Positions 60,422 to 64,000 of a stretch of 64,000 bases of DNA are shown one piece after another (within the stretch, counting starts at the first letter, position 1; each line of letters opens with the position of its first letter). The position numbers were made by a program, and so were the translations under genes. The stretch is taken from the NCBI GenBank assembly GCA_965200245.1, contig CBDATS010000005.1, positions 384,001 to 448,000 on the forward strand, written 5' to 3'. This DNA is from a bacterium. GTDB lineage: Bacteria > UBA8248. The notes beneath the pieces were generated by a model. It made no database searches, was not told the DNA's origin, and saw nothing but the letters and a program-made list of their open reading frames with translations.

Positions 60422-61690
60422 TTAGGCTGCCTTTGTCACAAGCAAGGTGGCGTTTTGTCCGCCGAAACCAAAGGAATTCGTGATGGCGGCAGGCACGGGC
60501 ATCTCCCGCGCACCCCCGGCCACATAGTCGAGATCGCATTTCGGGTCCGGATTCTCCAAATTCGTCGTAGGATGCACGATGTCACGCGCGACGCTCAAGG
60601 CCGTGAAGATGAATTCGGGCGCGCCGCAGGCAGCGATCAAATGCCCGATCATGGATTTGGACGAACTCACCGCCAGTGAATCCGCCCGCGCGCCGAATAC
60701 TTCGCGAATTGCCCTGGTCTCAACCGGATCGTTCAGCTTCGTGCCCGTGCCGTGCGCGTTAACGTAAGTAATGCCGTCAGGCTGAAGACCCGCATCCTTG
60801 ATCGCCTCGCGCATTGAACTTACCGCACCCCGGCCCGCCGGGTGAGGAGCTGTCACCTGGTGGGCGTCCATGCTCACGCCATAACCCGAAAGGACGGCGT
60901 AGGGCTCAGCCCCCCGCGCACGCGCATGATCCTGCGATTCGAGAACCACCACGCCCGCTCCTTCGCCCACAGCCAGGCCTGTGCGACTCCTGTCGAAGGG
61001 GCGGCAAAGAGGGGGGGACTTCGATTTGGATGCCGCGCCGAGCAAGAGGAATATGGCCACCCCGACCGGGTGGATCATCGAATCGGCTCCGCCGCAAAGT
61101 ACCACGTCCGCCTCACCTCGGCGGATCATGCGCATTCCGAGTCCTATCGCCTGGCCAGCCGCTGCACAGGCGGAAGTTATTGTTCCCGAGAGACCGGCGA
61201 GTTCGAACCATTCCGCAATCCGGGACGTCGCCCGCTCGGGCGGGTTCTTGAAGTAGCCCGACTCGTGCGTCTCTTCGAACTCCGCAGCGAAGCGCGCAGC
61301 GTCGAAGCTGTTTTGCGGATCCGCCCAGGCGATGAAATCTTCCAGGCAGTAACTGCTAAGTCCGGTTCCCATTACTACGCCCGCACGCTCGGGCGCGTAA
61401 CCACCCAGAAAAATTCCGGCGTCCGTCATGGCACTTTGCGCGGCGTCGAGAGCAAAAAGCACCCTGCGTTCGCCCTCGCCCGCATATTCCTCGGGCAACC
61501 TTCTCCTGATGGCGGAGAGCGTCTCTTCTGAAACCTCGCCCGCTCCGGCAATGGGCAGTGTATTCGCGTCGAAGGAATCAATGGGAGAGAGACCCGACTC
61601 ACCCGCCAGCGCCCTTTGCCAGCATACCTCTACCCCCGCACCCAGGGAAGTCACCATGCCGAGCCCGGTGATGAATACCTGCGTGCTCAT
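60422..61690 (-). CDS. Beta-ketoacyl-ACP synthase (FabF-like, catalytic triad intact)
   Basis: TSACAA, NAHGTGT, KSMIGH, NSFGFGG. Confidence 0.92.
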   Translation of the reverse strand: MSTQVFITGLGMVTSLGAGVEVCWQRALAGESGLSPIDSFDANTLPIAGAGEVSEETLSAIRRRLPEEYAGEGERRVLFALDAAQSAMTDAGIFLGGYAPERAGVVMGTGLSSYCLEDFIAWADPQNSFDAARFAAEFEETHESGYFKNPPERATSRIAEWFELAGLSGTITSACAAAGQAIGLGMRMIRRGEADVVLCGGADSMIHPVGVAIFLLLGAASKSKSPPLCRPFDRSRTGLAVGEGAGVVVLESQDHARARGAEPYAVLSGYGVSMDAHQVTAPHPAGRGAVSSMREAIKDAGLQPDGITYVNAHGTGTKLNDPVETRAIREVFGARADSLAVSSSKSMIGHLIAACGAPEFIFTALSVARDIVHPTTNLENPDPKCDLDYVAGGAREMPVPAAITNSFGFGGQNATLLVTKAA

Positions 61691-62139
61691 GGCCTCTCCT
61701 TGAACGCCAGCCAGCCGTAGCGCCTGAAACGTTCTTTCAGTCCTTCGGGATCGTCGCTGGGAAAGTGGGCATACACGAACCGTTCGGCCCTGGCAACGGG
61801 GACACCGTTTTTTTCGACGCGCGCGCGGCACAGACTCGCCCGCTCGTTCGTATCGATTATCTCGCCGTGAATCTCCAGAGAAACGCCCGGGCCCAGATCG
61901 TTCGCCACCTCCACATCGTCGATGAGCGATATGATGCACGAGGTCCTGAAATCATGAGTGTAGACCACGAGCCAACCCGCAAGCTGTGCCATCGCCTCAA
62001 TAAGGACCGATCCGGGTACGCGGGGAGCACGCCTGAAATGGGCATTCAGGTAGACTTCGGTGAGTGGAAACGTCTTGACGCCCACGATGTACTCGCCGTG
62101 TACCACCTCTTTGATCTGATCGAAAAAGAGAAAACGCAA
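61687..62139 (-). CDS. Second FabZ-like hot-dog dehydratase
   Basis: MRFLFFDQI, HFRRAPRVPGSVLIEAMAQ. Confidence 0.85.
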   Translation of the reverse strand: MRFLFFDQIKEVVHGEYIVGVKTFPLTEVYLNAHFRRAPRVPGSVLIEAMAQLAGWLVVYTHDFRTSCIISLIDDVEVANDLGPGVSLEIHGEIIDTNERASLCRARVEKNGVPVARAERFVYAHFPSDDPEGLKERFRRYGWLAFKERP

Positions 62140-62154
62140 TTTCCCGCTCTCCCG

Positions 62155-63348
62155 TCATGCGTTTTTGCCGACCACGAAGGCCACGCACACGCCGTCGAAT
62201 CCCTGAACCAACACAAGCGCGCTTCGCAGTGCATCCCGCCCCGGACGCCACGCGGTGTCATGAAACAATTCTGCTTCCGTTGCCGGAGATGGGGGCGGTG
62301 CGCCCTCGTTCAGGGATTTCATCGCCATGATCAGGTCCAGCACAGGACTCCCCCCCCAAAGGTGGCCGAATATGCCCTTCGTCGCAAGCCCCCAAGGCCC
62401 ACGGTCAACGAAAAGAGAGGCCATCGCTGCGGCCTCCGCACCATCCAATCGAGGCTTGTCCTCTCCATGAATCACGAGGAGGTCCACCTGCTCTGCTCCC
62501 AGACCGGCGCTTGCGAGCGCATTCCGGGCCGATTCCAGTATTGCTCCGGTGAGACCACCCCGTTTTTCAAGCGCGCGAGAGGAAGAATATCCTTTGAGCC
62601 AACAAAGTATATCGGCCGGGTCAACATTCTCGGGCTGATCGAGGAGAATCACGCCTGCCCCCTCGCCCAATTCCTCCGCGTCACCCTCCGATCCGCTACG
62701 CAGGGCCGCACGGGCCATCATGCGGGCGGAAATCACCCCGCTTACACCTGCAGCGAGGGCGAGTTTCGCCTTTCCCGATTGAATCGAGGCTGCCGCCTCG
62801 CAGACAGCGCGCGCCGTGGCATCAGCGCCCGAACTGAAAACGGCGTTCTCTCCCCGCCACCGATGCTGAATCGCCACCTGACTGAAGCCGATCGCATTCA
62901 ACATGCCCAGCGGCCATAAGGGGGGGATGGTGTCCATCCCCTCACGGAAAAAATGTCCCAAGTCCACTCGGCCATCCGATTCTCGTAACGCGCCTATCAA
63001 ATCATCTTTCCCCGGATCGACGGAATCCATCCCCGCGAAAAAAGCGATCTCCTCTTCCTCCCTCCCCAGGAAAGCGGAACCGTCGCCCATCGCTTCATGA
63101 ATCGCCGCCAGAAGCATGTGGGTCTGATGGCCCATGATTCTCGCCGCGCGGCGATCCACACCGAGGGACTCAGGGTCTATCGGCGCGCACCGCGCCGTTC
63201 TGCAGAGAGGATAACCGGCGAGTTCGGGATCGGCGTCAGCAACCAAAAATGTGCGACCCGCGCAAAGCGCTTCCCAAGCGGGCCCTGCGCCGCGCCCCGC
63301 CGCTGTTATCAGGCCGGCGCCAGTGACTGGAATGGAGGGAAACTTCAC
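62155..63348 (-). CDS. KS-like protein lacking the catalytic Cys (chain-length-factor-like)
   Basis: KS fold motifs VTGAG, LGEGAG..L, HG, GH; FSSGADA at the Cys position. Confidence 0.8.
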   Translation of the reverse strand: MKFPSIPVTGAGLITAAGRGAGPAWEALCAGRTFLVADADPELAGYPLCRTARCAPIDPESLGVDRRAARIMGHQTHMLLAAIHEAMGDGSAFLGREEEEIAFFAGMDSVDPGKDDLIGALRESDGRVDLGHFFREGMDTIPPLWPLGMLNAIGFSQVAIQHRWRGENAVFSSGADATARAVCEAAASIQSGKAKLALAAGVSGVISARMMARAALRSGSEGDAEELGEGAGVILLDQPENVDPADILCWLKGYSSSRALEKRGGLTGAILESARNALASAGLGAEQVDLLVIHGEDKPRLDGAEAAAMASLFVDRGPWGLATKGIFGHLWGGSPVLDLIMAMKSLNEGAPPPSPATEAELFHDTAWRPGRDALRSALVLVQGFDGVCVAFVVGKNA

Positions 63349-64000
63349 GCGATCTCGGGTCCGCCCAGACAAAGACAAGCGTTCTGCCCACCGAACCCGA
63401 AACTGTTGGAAAGGGTCACGCGATGGACCTGCGCCCTCGTCTCGTTGGGTACGTAGTCCAAATCGCACTTGGGGTCACGATTCTTGTAGTTGATGGTGGG
63501 CAGTATCTCGGAGCGGCGCATTCCCTCGACCGCCAGAATCGCCTCGACGGCCCCAGCCGCACCGATGGTGTGGCCGATCATGGATTTGTTCGAACTGACA
63601 GGTATATTCTCCGCGTGCGCGCCGAACACCTCCTTGATGGCCTTGGTTTCGGTGAAATCGTTCTTGGGCGTCGAGGTACCGTGCGCGTTGATGTATTCGA
63701 CTTTATCGGGCGCAAGCCGCGCGTCGCTCAGCGCCTTTTTCATGGCGAATACCGCGCCCAACCCCCTCGGGTGCATGTCGGTGATGCGAAACGCATCCGA
63801 GGAATCGCCGTAGCCGAGCACTTCTCCCAGAATCTCGGCACCGCGGGCGTGCGCGTGCTCATAGCTTTCCAGGATCATGGCGCCCGCGCCTTCAGACATC
63901 ACGAAGCCGTTTCGCTTCCTGTCGAAGGGCCGGGACGCACTCTGCGGGGTTTCGTATCTCTCCACCAGCGCGGTGAGCAGGACAAAACCGAGAAACCCCA
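63345..64000 (-). CDS. Beta-ketoacyl-ACP synthase (FabF-like), C-terminal part; N-terminus beyond the window
   Basis: SRPFDRKRNGFVMSEGAG, INAHGTST, KSMIGH, SNSFGFGG. Confidence 0.92.
   Translation of the reverse strand, partial: GFLGFVLLTALVERYETPQSASRPFDRKRNGFVMSEGAGAMILESYEHAHARGAEILGEVLGYGDSSDAFRITDMHPRGLGAVFAMKKALSDARLAPDKVEYINAHGTSTPKNDFTETKAIKEVFGAHAENIPVSSNKSMIGHTIGAAGAVEAILAVEGMRRSEILPTINYKNRDPKCDLDYVPNETRAQVHRVTLSNSFGFGGQNACLCLGGPEIA

Noticed and set aside
9942-63500. Long antisense or alternate-frame ORFs in the track (e.g. 9942..11144, 11380..12819, 26112..27944, 45150..46604, 53168..54637, 61765..62919)
   Set aside because: Shadow ORFs of GC-rich genes on the opposite strand, with no motifs.
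1-64000. CRISPR array, tRNA/rRNA, integrase or intact IS
   Set aside because: By eye I saw no regularly spaced repeats, cloverleaf or rRNA signatures, or recombinase/transposase motifs.

Overview
GC-rich bacterial chromosome segment. In order: (1) a divergent LLM-oxidoreductase start and a carbohydrate (CUT1) ABC operon, with a frameshifted solute-binding gene; (2) DUF1330, an autotransporter remnant and a very basic lipoprotein cytochrome c'; (3) a ~13 kb decaying accessory island (~8.2-21.2 kb) with two AT-richer phage-like blocks carrying CTAAATA motifs resembling T4-type late promoters, a DriD-like WYL regulator plus tandem-AAA ATPase with a DriD-like operator, a NERD-SF1 helicase, a Sel1 protein and truncated R-M genes; (4) intact core genes: lhr, patatin, TatD-radical SAM fusion, metG, ricT, holB, tmk, a sigma54 two-component pair, hrcA (CIRCE-like site), dnaJ, prmA, rsmE, purD; (5) a second, partly decayed catabolic patch (VOC dioxygenase, deacetylase, CMD), then ADH, MaoC, amidohydrolase, Gfo/Idh/MocA, an M3-like peptidase and glgC/glgA; (6) a dedicated type II fatty-acid/polyketide cluster (2 KS + 2 KS-like proteins lacking the catalytic Cys, 2 FabZ-like, FabG, AcpS) ending in an LpxL-family acyltransferase and running off the window. 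Lesions are confined to accessory genes, and most nonsense codons read as Glu GAR->TAR. All family assignments come from motifs recognised by eye; no database search was run.
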